Below, one piece after another: positions 9,282 through 17,656 of a DNA stretch of 32,000 bases. A program made the position numbers and the translations under genes. The stretch is from Coprobacillaceae bacterium (GTDB lineage Bacteria > Bacillota_I > Bacilli_A > Erysipelotrichales > Coprobacillaceae): assembly GCA_963675515.1 (NCBI GenBank), contig OY776328.1, positions 360,001 through 392,000 of the forward strand, written 5' to 3'. Within the stretch, counting starts at the first letter, position 1; each line of letters opens with the position of its first letter. A model generated the notes under the pieces. It was not told the DNA's origin, made no database searches, and saw only the letters and a list, made by a program, of their open reading frames with translations.

Positions 9282-10169
9282 ATGGAATTATTATCCCAAG
9301 ATGGGAAATTCAATCTTAATCTTAGTTTGGAAGTGCCGGAAAATCCAAAGGGGATCCTGCTGTGTCTCCACGACATGGCGGACCATCAGGAACGTTATAT
9401 GGACCTGATCCAGTTTGCTACCAGGAATGGTCTGGTCGGGTGTGTCTATGACCAACGCGGTCATGGCAAAAAACTGACATATGATTCGCTGGGTTATTTC
9501 AACGATGTCACTGGCAAGCAGATTGTCAATGATGCGGATGTGGTAGTGGAATATTTGAGGGAAAAGTTCGCAAATCTGCCGATATTCCTATTTGGACAGG
9601 GGATGGGTGCGCTTGTTGCAAAAAACTACCTGCAAAAACACGATGCCAAGATTGCCAAAGTCGTACTGGCCGGGTCGCCCTCATACAATCGGATGATCAA
9701 ATTGAATCTTAATATGGCAAGAACCATGGCCAATATCGATTATCGCGGTCATGCAAAGATCCTCAAGGATATGTTCTTTGGGGGCTATTACAAGGCTTTC
9801 GGGGCCAAGTCAGGCTATGATTACCTTTCAAAAAACACCCAGAATATCGCCGATTACCAAAATGACCCTTATTGCGGTTTCGACTACACCAATAACGGTT
9901 ACTTGAACCTGGCGAAGCTTCATATGCGCGCCTATAAGAAAAGCCTTTACCTGAAAAACAACAAGGATCTTGAAATCCTGCTTATTGCCGGAAGCAAGGA
10001 TCCGGTAATCGATGGCATCAAGGCCTTCAATGACCAGCTGGATTTTTTAGAGGCGCTTGGTTACACTGTTACAAGCAAACTTTATGGCGATTGCCGCCAT
10101 GAAATATTGAATGAAAACATCAGACAGACGGTTTATCAGGATATCGTCGGATTCCTTGAAAAAGACTGA
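9282..10169 (+). CDS. Alpha/beta hydrolase, lysophospholipase/monoacylglycerol-lipase-like, with Gly in place of the nucleophile Ser
   Basis: 295 aa. Family landmarks DQRGHG, GSKDPVID and CRHEILNE are present. The nucleophile-elbow position reads GQGMG (9594-9608) rather than GHSMG. RBS is GGAGGG. Confidence 0.85.
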   Translation: MELLSQDGKFNLNLSLEVPENPKGILLCLHDMADHQERYMDLIQFATRNGLVGCVYDQRGHGKKLTYDSLGYFNDVTGKQIVNDADVVVEYLREKFANLPIFLFGQGMGALVAKNYLQKHDAKIAKVVLAGSPSYNRMIKLNLNMARTMANIDYRGHAKILKDMFFGGYYKAFGAKSGYDYLSKNTQNIADYQNDPYCGFDYTNNGYLNLAKLHMRAYKKSLYLKNNKDLEILLIAGSKDPVIDGIKAFNDQLDFLEALGYTVTSKLYGDCRHEILNENIRQTVYQDIVGFLEKD

Positions 10170-10233
10170 GAAATCCATCAAAAAGATGGTGAAAATATGC
10201 GGATAAATCGATAAAAAATTAATTGTTTTGTAG

Positions 10234-10262
10234 TTGACTTTACTTGTGAGTTTCTCTATAAT
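10234..10262 (+). promoter_or_regulatory. Sigma-A promoter for rplM-rpsI
   Basis: TTGACT (10234-10239), 17-nt spacer, consensus TATAAT (10257-10262). Confidence 0.7.
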
Positions 10263-10316
10263 AGTATTGTTCATTACGAACTCTAAGTCCCCGGTAAGGA
10301 TATAGGAGAATATAAA

Positions 10317-10754
10317 ATGAGACAAACAACAATGGCAAATGCTGCCACAATTGAAAGAAAATGGTATGTTATCGATGCTGCTGGATTGACTTTAGGTCGT
10401 TTGGCATCAGAAGTAGCTACAGTGTTAAGAGGGAAAAACAAACCTACTTACACACCACATGTTGACTGTGGAGATTACGTAATTGTAGTAAACGCAGAAC
10501 AAGTTGTAATGACTGGAAAAAAATTGGATAGCGTTAAATACTATCGCCATTCTGGATGGCTAGGTGGTTTAAAAGTTAAAACTGCTCGCCAATTCCAAGA
10601 TCAAAACCCTACTGGATTCGTGGAAGCTGCCGTTAAAGGGATGTTGCCACATAACACATTAGGAAGAAAACAAGGTATGAAATTATTTGTTTACACTGGT
10701 AGTGAACATCCACACGCTGCTCAAAAACCAGAAGTTATGGAATTTAAAGGATAG
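10317..10754 (+). CDS. rplM: 50S ribosomal protein L13
   Basis: The sequence [34 protein letters not shown] closely resembles the Bacillus L13 N-terminus. RBS is TAGGAG. Confidence 0.97.
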   Translation: MRQTTMANAATIERKWYVIDAAGLTLGRLASEVATVLRGKNKPTYTPHVDCGDYVIVVNAEQVVMTGKKLDSVKYYRHSGWLGGLKVKTARQFQDQNPTGFVEAAVKGMLPHNTLGRKQGMKLFVYTGSEHPHAAQKPEVMEFKG

Positions 10755-10766
10755 GGAGGAAAGATA

Positions 10767-11159
10767 ATGGCAAACGTACAATATAGAGGAACTGGAAGAA
10801 GAAAATCTTCAGTAGCTCGTGTTATCTTAACACCTGGAACTGGAAATTTCGTAATCAACGGAAAAGTAGCTAGAGAATATTTACCATCAGACGTATTAAT
10901 GATGATTGTAAACCAACCATTGGAATTAACTAACACTGTTGGTCAATTCGACGTTTCAGTAAATGTAAATGGTGGAGGATATACAGGTCAAGCTGGAGCT
11001 ATCCGTCATGGTGTTTCTCGTGCTTTATTGGAAGCAGGAAGCGACTACCGTCCAACATTGAAAGCTGCTGGATTATTGACTCGTGATTCACGCATCAAAG
11101 AACGTAAAAAATACGGTCTTAAAAAAGCGAGACGTGCACCACAGTTCTCAAAACGTTAA
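10767..11159 (+). CDS. rpsI: 30S ribosomal protein S9
   Basis: 130 aa. Starts [19 protein letters not shown] and ends in the canonical tail [15 protein letters not shown] is GGGAGGA. Confidence 0.97.
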   Translation: MANVQYRGTGRRKSSVARVILTPGTGNFVINGKVAREYLPSDVLMMIVNQPLELTNTVGQFDVSVNVNGGGYTGQAGAIRHGVSRALLEAGSDYRPTLKAAGLLTRDSRIKERKKYGLKKARRAPQFSKR

Positions 11160-11171
11160 TATTTTGTTTTC

Positions 11172-11198
11172 AAAGTCCCTTCGGGGGCTTTTTTTTTA
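11172..11198 (+). terminator. Rho-independent terminator after rpsI
   Basis: Stem AGTCCC, loop ttcg, stem GGGGCT, followed by T9. Confidence 0.75.
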
Positions 11199-11212
11199 CT
11201 GATTTTATAACT

Positions 11213-11250
11213 AAAAACCGCGTCTGTCTCAAATGACCGATGCGGTTTTT
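11213..11250. terminator. Hairpin terminator at the 3' end of galR (flanked by A- and T-runs, so potentially bidirectional)
   Basis: CCGCGTC ... GATGCGG stem of 7 bp including one G-U pair and a 14-nt loop. AAAAA precedes it and TTTTTT follows. It abuts the galR stop. Confidence 0.55.
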
Positions 11251-12251
11251 TAGGCTTCATTTTTATTTTTGCAAGAATCACGTTCAATCAGAGTGCAAGG
11301 CAAAGTTGTCTTGGCTGCCAATTTGATATTTTTAAGATAATAGACTTGGGCTGCTCCAAACTCACCCATTTCCGATGCCGGAGCATATATCGTGGTCAAG
11401 GGGGGGTTCGTGTAGCTTGCCCCCTGGATGTCATCGAAACCTATGATGGAAATATCTTCCGGTATTTTAAGGCTATGATCCTGGAAGGCCCGCATGGCGC
11501 CAAAAGCAATCGGATCGCTTCCGGCAATGATGGCATCGGGTAACGTGCCGGTACTGATAAGTTCGCACGCCATTTTATATCCGGATTCGCTGGAGAACTG
11601 ATCAAACAAAGTGTAGGGCTCAAAATCGATTGAATGCTCCAAACAATACTTTTGGAAAGTTTCATAGCGCATATCGGGATAAATGGTGTTGTCGTTCAGG
11701 TGCTCGACTCCGCCAAGGTATCCGATTTTACGATGGCCCAATGTTGTCAGATAATCCAAGGCGTCACAGATTGCCTGATTGAAATCCAGGGTAACTGTGG
11801 GAGAATTGATTTTTTCGTGGGTCATGTCAAGGAAAATCAGGTTTTTGGTGATTTTTTCAAACTGCATCACCTCTTCGATACTGAATTTTCCGATGCAAAC
11901 AAGGCCGTCGATGTCTTTGAGTTTCTGTTCATGGCTGTCATCATCTTTGAATACGCGAATAATGGCGATGTTGTTTTTTTGACAGAATCGTTCTACTCCC
12001 TGGCGGATGGAAAGATAATAAGGGTCGTTTATTTCCTGTTCAAGGGAGTACCATTGAACAACTCCGATTGTAAAACTTTTCTTGCCTTTTGCCGGTTTTC
12101 GTTTTGGCTGGTATTTGAGCTTGCTGGCGGCCTGGATTACTTTGTTGCGGGTTTCATCAGGCACAGTAAGGGTCTCGTCATTGTTCAGTATTCTCGATGC
12201 GGTAGCTTGCGAAACCTTGGCTTCATTTGCAACGTCTTTGAGTGTCGCCAT
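11250..12251 (-). CDS. galR: LacI-family transcriptional regulator, GalR-like
   Basis: The HTH reads MATLKDVANEAKVSQATASRILNN, followed by a periplasmic-binding-protein-like sugar domain. It sits next to the gal genes. The ATG at 12251 overlaps the galE TGA by 1 nt, and an AAGGAG RBS is present. Confidence 0.85.
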   Translation of the reverse strand: MATLKDVANEAKVSQATASRILNNDETLTVPDETRNKVIQAASKLKYQPKRKPAKGKKSFTIGVVQWYSLEQEINDPYYLSIRQGVERFCQKNNIAIIRVFKDDDSHEQKLKDIDGLVCIGKFSIEEVMQFEKITKNLIFLDMTHEKINSPTVTLDFNQAICDALDYLTTLGHRKIGYLGGVEHLNDNTIYPDMRYETFQKYCLEHSIDFEPYTLFDQFSSESGYKMACELISTGTLPDAIIAGSDPIAFGAMRAFQDHSLKIPEDISIIGFDDIQGASYTNPPLTTIYAPASEMGEFGAAQVYYLKNIKLAAKTTLPCTLIERDSCKNKNEA

Positions 12252-13103
12252 CAATTATCTCCTTTTTCCAAGTTGTTGTTATAAAAGTTCCAGGCGGTCT
12301 CGATTATTTTTTCGATTTGGGTATATTGCGGCCGCCATTTCAGAAATGTGGCTGCTTTGCTGTTGTTGGCAACCAAACGAGCTGGGTCGCCTGCGCGTCT
12401 TTTATCCATTGTAACATGAATAGGAAGCTTTGTAATTGCTTTTGTTGTGTTGATAATTTTCATGACTGAATAGCCGCTGCCGTTGCCCAGGTTGAAAACG
12501 TCGCTGTTATTGCCATCGCTACGATAATTCAGGGATTTGATATGGGTATCGGCCAAGTCATTGACATGGATGTAGTCGCGGATGCATGTTCCATCGGGGG
12601 TGTCGTAATCATCGCCATATACCTTGATAGCGTCTCTTTTCCCCGGTGCCGTTTGCAAGACTAAGGGAATCGGGTGGGTTTCGGGATTGTGCAATTCACC
12701 AATCAATCCGTTCTCGTGAGCGCCGCAGGTGTTGAAATAACGCAAGGCAACCCGGGTTATTCCATAGGAGCGATCACACCAATGCATCAGTTTTTCCATA
12801 GCGAGCTTTGTTTCGCCATAGAGATTGTTGTTATAATAATCCAGTGGGTCTTTCATGCTTGTGCCAACCAAAGAATTGGCGCAAAAATGAATAACTCCAT
12901 CAATTTTTTCCGCATTGGATACGTTGTTTAAAAAATCCTTGTACCGGGCGTCGCCTCGATAGAATCTTGCCTCCGGATGGATCAATTGTAAAAATCCTGT
13001 CAACAGGTTGTCGACAATAACTAGGTCATAATCTTTTTCAATCAGGGCATAAAAGGTGTGGCTGCCGATATATCCGGCGCCACCTGGCAACTGATACGCT
13101 CAT
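12251..13103 (-). pseudogene. galE: UDP-glucose 4-epimerase, degraded (frameshift after codon 6 plus an in-frame deletion of about 46 aa)
   Basis: The RBS (GAAGGAGG) and ATG at 13103 read MSVSVA and then run out of frame with GGAGYIGSH. Removing one nt near 13085 restores MSVSVAGGAGYIGSH. The sequence PLDYYNNNL joins directly to YGETKLAMEK at 12820/12821, so the segment that carries the catalytic Ser in full-length GalE is missing. Total length would be about 284 aa, against roughly 330-340 for normal GalE. Confidence 0.7.
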
Positions 13104-13138
13104 TTAGTAGGTCCTCCTTCTAAAGTCTGATTATAATA

Positions 13139-13169
13139 TTTACTAAAGTCAAGTCGTTGATTTAGTAAA
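13139..13169. promoter_or_regulatory. Inverted repeat TTTACTAAA-N13-TTTAGTAAA in the gal divergent region (candidate GalR operator)
   Basis: The 9-bp arms at 13139-13147 and 13161-13169 are exact reverse complements. Related copies TTTAGTAG (13103-13110) and TTTAGTGAAA (13181-13190) lie nearby. Confidence 0.4.
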
Positions 13170-13195
13170 ATTTGATAATGTTTAGTGAAACAATA

Positions 13196-13223
13196 TTGAC
13201 AATGCCTTTGGCGGTGCTAGAAT
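13196..13223 (+). promoter_or_regulatory. Sigma-A promoter for galT-galM-galK
   Basis: Consensus TTGACA (13196-13201), 16-nt spacer, TG-extended TAGAAT (13218-13223). Confidence 0.65.
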
Positions 13224-13248
13224 GTAGTTAAGCAAAGGAGATTATATT

Positions 13249-14754
13249 ATGGATTTGTTGATAAGTGAGTTAATCAAATACGGGTTGGAAAAAAGGATGA
13301 TCAAAGAAATTGATGCCGATTATTCAATCAATCTGCTTTTGGACCTTTTCAATCTGAATGAATTTGAGTACGTTGAAAACTCACGGGAAGAGCGTGATAT
13401 ATATCATATCATCGAGGACATGCTTGTATGGTCAGCTGAACGGGGGATCATCGAAAATAACACAACGGCCAGGGATTTGTTTGATACCCGGATCATGAAT
13501 TGCCTGATGCCACGGCCTGGAGAGGTGGTCGCAACTTTCGATTCTTTGTATGCTGTAAATCCTAAAAAAGCAACTGACTATTTTTACGAGCTGGCGGTTA
13601 ATTCCAATTATATCCGTAAGAACCGGACCGACAAGAATATCCGATATTTCCATTACTACAAATATGGAAAGTTTGAAATAACAATTAATTTGTCAAAGCC
13701 TGAAAAAGATCCCCGGGATATCGCGAAGGCAAAAAGTCAAAAAGCTACCGGTTATCCCAAATGCTTGTTGTGCAAAGAAAGTGTCGGCTTCCGCGGCGAT
13801 TTGAATCGGCCGGCACGCCAGAATCATCGGATCATTCCTCTCGGGTTGGGGGGCAAGGAATATTATCTGCAGTACTCACCATACGTATACTATAACGAAC
13901 ACTGCATCATTTTTAACAAGAATCATATTCCCATGGGAATTGGCGAAAACACATTCAGGTCTTTGCTTGATTTCATCAAGCAGTTTCCTCACTATATGGT
14001 GGGGTCAAATGCGGATTTACCGATAGTCGGCGGATCCATCCTGACCCATGACCATTTCCAAGGCGGTCGCTATCATTTCCCGATAGAGGATGCAAAAACA
14101 ATTGGTGAATTTGATTTTGCGGCCTATCCGGAGGCTAAGATAGAGATTTTGAATTGGCCTTTGTCCACAATCCGGATAACGTCAAATAGCTATGCGGAAG
14201 TAATTGATTTTTCGGTCAGGGTTCTGGATAAATGGAGAGAATATGAAAATCGTGAATTGGAAATCTTGCCTTGTGGCAAGACGACCCGCCATAACACGGT
14301 TACGCCAATAGCACGGGTTCATGAAGGTGACTATCAAATGGATCTTGTTTTACGTAACAACCGGCAAAGTCCTCTCCATCCTGATGGGATATTCCACCCA
14401 CATGAGAACCTGCACGCTATCAAAAAGGAAAATATCGGCCTGATTGAAGTGATGGGTCTGGCGGTGCTTCCGGCCCGGCTGAAAGACGAGTTGGAATTGT
14501 TGAAGGAGTGCCTCTTGGACAAATCCGACATCAGCGATCTGGAAACTGTTCACAAACACGTCAACTGGTATATCGAAATCAAGGGGAAACATGCCGGTAT
14601 TGATGAAAAAAACATAGATGGAATAATCGAAAAAGAGCTGGCCACCAAATTTGTGAATGTCTTGGAAGATTGCGGAGTCTTCAAAATGGATGATGAGGGA
14701 ATCAAGGCATTTATGGGATTTGTGGAAAGCCTGATGGAGGAAAGTCATGATTGA
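13249..14754 (+). CDS. galT: Galactose-1-phosphate uridylyltransferase (class II, about 500 aa, Firmicutes type)
   Basis: 501 aa. Features typical of the long GalT family are KCLLCKE, YSPYVYYNEHCIIFNKNH and GGSILTHDHFQGG. RBS is AAGGAG. Confidence 0.93.
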   Translation: MDLLISELIKYGLEKRMIKEIDADYSINLLLDLFNLNEFEYVENSREERDIYHIIEDMLVWSAERGIIENNTTARDLFDTRIMNCLMPRPGEVVATFDSLYAVNPKKATDYFYELAVNSNYIRKNRTDKNIRYFHYYKYGKFEITINLSKPEKDPRDIAKAKSQKATGYPKCLLCKESVGFRGDLNRPARQNHRIIPLGLGGKEYYLQYSPYVYYNEHCIIFNKNHIPMGIGENTFRSLLDFIKQFPHYMVGSNADLPIVGGSILTHDHFQGGRYHFPIEDAKTIGEFDFAAYPEAKIEILNWPLSTIRITSNSYAEVIDFSVRVLDKWREYENRELEILPCGKTTRHNTVTPIARVHEGDYQMDLVLRNNRQSPLHPDGIFHPHENLHAIKKENIGLIEVMGLAVLPARLKDELELLKECLLDKSDISDLETVHKHVNWYIEIKGKHAGIDEKNIDGIIEKELATKFVNVLEDCGVFKMDDEGIKAFMGFVESLMEESHD

Positions 14755-15757
14755 AATAATTGAAAGAAGCAGTGATGGGATCGATTTGATTGCTCTTAAA
14801 AATGAGAAGCTGGAAATCACGGTATCCAATTTGGGGTGCACGATTGTAACTGCAGATGTAATAAAGAAAGACGGAAGCCGTCAAGATGTGGTCTTGGGCT
14901 ATGGTGACATTCATGATTATTTGAATAATGATGGATATCTGGGAGCTTTGGTTGGCCGTGTCGCCAATCGGATTGCCAAGGGAAGATTTGTACTGAATGA
15001 TAATGAGTATGTTCTTGCAATCAATAATGGCCCGAATCATCTCCATGGGGGAATCAAAGGTTATAGCTATCAAAAGTTTGATTACCGGATAATCGATGAT
15101 TCGACCATCGAGTTCCATTACCTTTCCAAAGATGGAGATCAAGGCTATCCAGGCAATCTTGAACTGAAGGTAATCTATGAAATTGATAATGATAAATTGA
15201 ATATTCGCTATCTTGCTCACTGCGATCAGGACGCGTTAGTGAATCTGACAAATCACTCATATTTCAACCTTGACAATAAAAATCGCGGAATCGAAGACCA
15301 TTATCTTCAAGTCAAGGCTGATCGATTCGCCTGCGTTGATCGTGACGGCTTGGCAACGGGTGTGATTCGAGAAGTTGCTGATTCTCCGTTCGATTTCACC
15401 AAACCGAGCCAGATCGGGACGCATTTGAAGGTTGGTGATGAGCAGATTATGTTGGGGAATGGTTTTGACCATCATTTCATCTTTAACGCTACCGACAGTC
15501 AGGTTATCCTTACTGATCCGGAAAAGACGCTGCAGTTGATTGTCTCAACCAGCCTGCCAGGGGCGCAAATATATACTGCTAACTATCTTGACGGCCGAAC
15601 TGGCAAACATGGCCAGGAATATCCGGCGAGATATGGCGTTTGCATTGAAACCCAAAATATCCCTGATGCAATTCATATCGAGAAAAATCCAACAACAATA
15701 CTTAAGAAAGGTCAAAGATATGACGAATACACATCATATCAATTCAAGGAAATATGA
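14747..15757 (+). CDS. galM: Aldose 1-epimerase (galactose mutarotase)
   Basis: 336 aa. Contains GRVANRIAKGRF, NNGPNHLHGG, NLTNHSYFNL and the C-terminal motif CIETQ. It overlaps galT by 8 nt. Confidence 0.93.
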   Translation: MIEIIERSSDGIDLIALKNEKLEITVSNLGCTIVTADVIKKDGSRQDVVLGYGDIHDYLNNDGYLGALVGRVANRIAKGRFVLNDNEYVLAINNGPNHLHGGIKGYSYQKFDYRIIDDSTIEFHYLSKDGDQGYPGNLELKVIYEIDNDKLNIRYLAHCDQDALVNLTNHSYFNLDNKNRGIEDHYLQVKADRFACVDRDGLATGVIREVADSPFDFTKPSQIGTHLKVGDEQIMLGNGFDHHFIFNATDSQVILTDPEKTLQLIVSTSLPGAQIYTANYLDGRTGKHGQEYPARYGVCIETQNIPDAIHIEKNPTTILKKGQRYDEYTSYQFKEI

Positions 15758-15759
15758 TT

Positions 15760-17037
15760 ATGAAAAAAGCAAGCTTATTAGTCAATGAATTCGAACAAGG
15801 CGTTTATGATGCAAAACTGGCGGAAGTCTACGCCGATGAAAGTCTGGTTGCCGGTCAGGTTGAACGCTATATTGGAGCGCTGAATAAATTTACTGATTTA
15901 TACGAGGATCAAAAAGTTGCTATTTTTAGTACACCGGGAAGAAGCGAGGTTTGTGGCAATCATACCGATCATCAAAATGGCCAGGTTTTGGCGGCGGCAA
16001 TCAACCTGGATATAATTGCTGTGGTTTCAAAAAATAATCAAGCTGTAAAGGTTGTTTCTGATAATTATGACTTGAGCCCGATTGAACTTTCGGATCTGGC
16101 AAAACGGGTTGATGAACTTGAAACCTCAGAGGGATTGATCAGAGGGACATTGGCCCGCTTTAAGGAACTGAACTACAATATTGGTGGCTTTTATGGGTAT
16201 ATGACCAGTGATGTATTGCAGGGCTCGGGACTTTCATCTTCGGCGGCGTTTGAAGTCATGATAGGGACGATTCTTTCTGGCCTATACAATGAGATGAGGC
16301 TTGATCCGGTCACTATTGCCAAAATTGGACAATATAGTGAAAATGTATATTTCGGAAAACCTTGCGGTTTGATGGACCAATGCGCTTGTTCGGTCGGGAG
16401 TCTGATCAGTATTGATTTCAAAGATAAAGAACATCCAAAAGTAACTAAAGTTGATAAAGATTTCTCAAAATATAATAACAGTCTATGCATTGTAGATGTG
16501 AATGCGTCGCATGCCGATTTGACAAGTGACTACGCCGCAATTCCCGATGAAATGAAAAAAGTGGCAGCATATTTTGGTCAGGATGCGCTATCTGAAGTGA
16601 ATGAAGATGAATTCTACTCAAATATTCAAAAAATTCGCGAAATCACTGGAGATCGAGCGGTTTTAAGGGCGATTCACTTATTCAATGAAAACAAACGAGT
16701 AGTCGAAGCAGTCGCTGCCCTGAACAATGATGATTTTCACGCATTCAAACTGGCCGTCGCAGCTTCGGGTGAAAGTTCGTTCAAATACTTACAAAACATC
16801 TACTCAAATAATTATGTTGAAAATCAAGCGGTTTCCCTGGCTTTGGCTTTGAGTGAAATGATTCTTGGAGACCAAGGAGTTTGCCGGGTTCATGGGGGTG
16901 GATTTGCGGGTACGATTCAAGCTTTTGTCCAGAATGATTTCGTAAGCAAATACAAAATGGAAATGGACAAGTATTTTGGTCCGAATGCTTGTCATATCCT
17001 GAAAATTCGCAGCTTTGGCGGAATACAGGTTGTTTGA
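15760..17037 (+). CDS. galK: Galactokinase (GHMP kinase)
   Basis: Contains the galactokinase signature GRSEVCGNHTDHQNG and the GHMP motif GSGLSSSAAFEV. I preferred ATG 15760, 9 nt after AAGGA, over ATG 15754, which overlaps the galM stop. Confidence 0.92.
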   Translation: MKKASLLVNEFEQGVYDAKLAEVYADESLVAGQVERYIGALNKFTDLYEDQKVAIFSTPGRSEVCGNHTDHQNGQVLAAAINLDIIAVVSKNNQAVKVVSDNYDLSPIELSDLAKRVDELETSEGLIRGTLARFKELNYNIGGFYGYMTSDVLQGSGLSSSAAFEVMIGTILSGLYNEMRLDPVTIAKIGQYSENVYFGKPCGLMDQCACSVGSLISIDFKDKEHPKVTKVDKDFSKYNNSLCIVDVNASHADLTSDYAAIPDEMKKVAAYFGQDALSEVNEDEFYSNIQKIREITGDRAVLRAIHLFNENKRVVEAVAALNNDDFHAFKLAVAASGESSFKYLQNIYSNNYVENQAVSLALALSEMILGDQGVCRVHGGGFAGTIQAFVQNDFVSKYKMEMDKYFGPNACHILKIRSFGGIQVV

Positions 17038-17282
17038 AAGATTGGTTTGCATCTGATGGGAAATGGATGAATTTAGGGTGATGCTCTTGGACTTATATTG
17101 CAGTTGAAAACGGGATTCGAAATGTAAACAACGATTTTTCAACGGTATATTGGGTTGGGAAACTTCGATTAAATTCAGTAGCGGAAAACCACCAACGGTT
17201 CTCCGCTTCTGTCATGTTTTGCGTTAGGTGTGAAGTTGATAAAAGCGGACAATAATTTTAAATGATTTTTTTGAAAAAAGTG

Positions 17283-17311
17283 TTGACGATGACAACTGTC
17301 TATGATAATAT
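17283..17311 (+). promoter_or_regulatory. Sigma-A promoter for the tRNA operon
   Basis: TTGACG (17283-17288), 17-nt spacer, TG-extended TAATAT (17306-17311), 19 nt upstream of the first tRNA. Confidence 0.65.
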
Positions 17312-17330
17312 AAACAGGCAGTCAGTTGAT

Positions 17331-17407
<77 letters not shown>

Positions 17408-17431
17408 TTAATTGTTTGCAAAAAAAGTTAT

Positions 17432-17508
<77 letters not shown>

Positions 17509-17527
17509 TAATTTTTTTAAACTGAAT

Positions 17528-17603
17528 GGGGCCTTAGCTCAGCTGGGAGAGCACCTGCCTTGCACGCAGGGGGTCAACGGTTCGATCCCGTTAGGCTCCA
17601 CCA
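17528..17603 (+). tRNA. tRNA-Ala (anticodon TGC), CCA encoded
   Basis: 76 nt. The anticodon loop CTTGCAC gives TGC. The G3:U70 identity pair is present (GGGGCCT/AGGCTCC), and the 3' end is ACCA. Confidence 0.95.
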
Positions 17604-17615
17604 ATTAGATAATCC

Positions 17616-17639
17616 ACTCTGCCTGGCAGAGTTTTTTTT
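17616..17639 (+). terminator. Rho-independent terminator after the tRNA operon
   Basis: ACTCTGC and GCAGAGT form a 7-bp stem with a 3-nt loop, followed by T8. It ends 17 nt before the MATE start codon. Confidence 0.7.
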
Positions 17640-17656
17640 ATGGGAAGGGAAATTTT

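Noticed and set aside
10263-10316. A possible L13 ribosomal-protein leader (autoregulatory RNA) upstream of rplM.
   Set aside because: The leader is only about 45-50 nt, and I could not find a convincing conserved hairpin by eye. A covariance-model search would be needed to decide.
17038-17282. A 245-nt non-coding gap after galK with two hairpins (GTTGAAAA...TTTTCAAC near 17103-17145, and GCGGAAAACC...GGTTCTCCGC at 17181-17206), considered as a possible sRNA or gene remnant.
   Set aside because: I found no promoter-plus-terminator pair and no ORF with a start or RBS. The second hairpin is adequately explained as a weak galK terminator.
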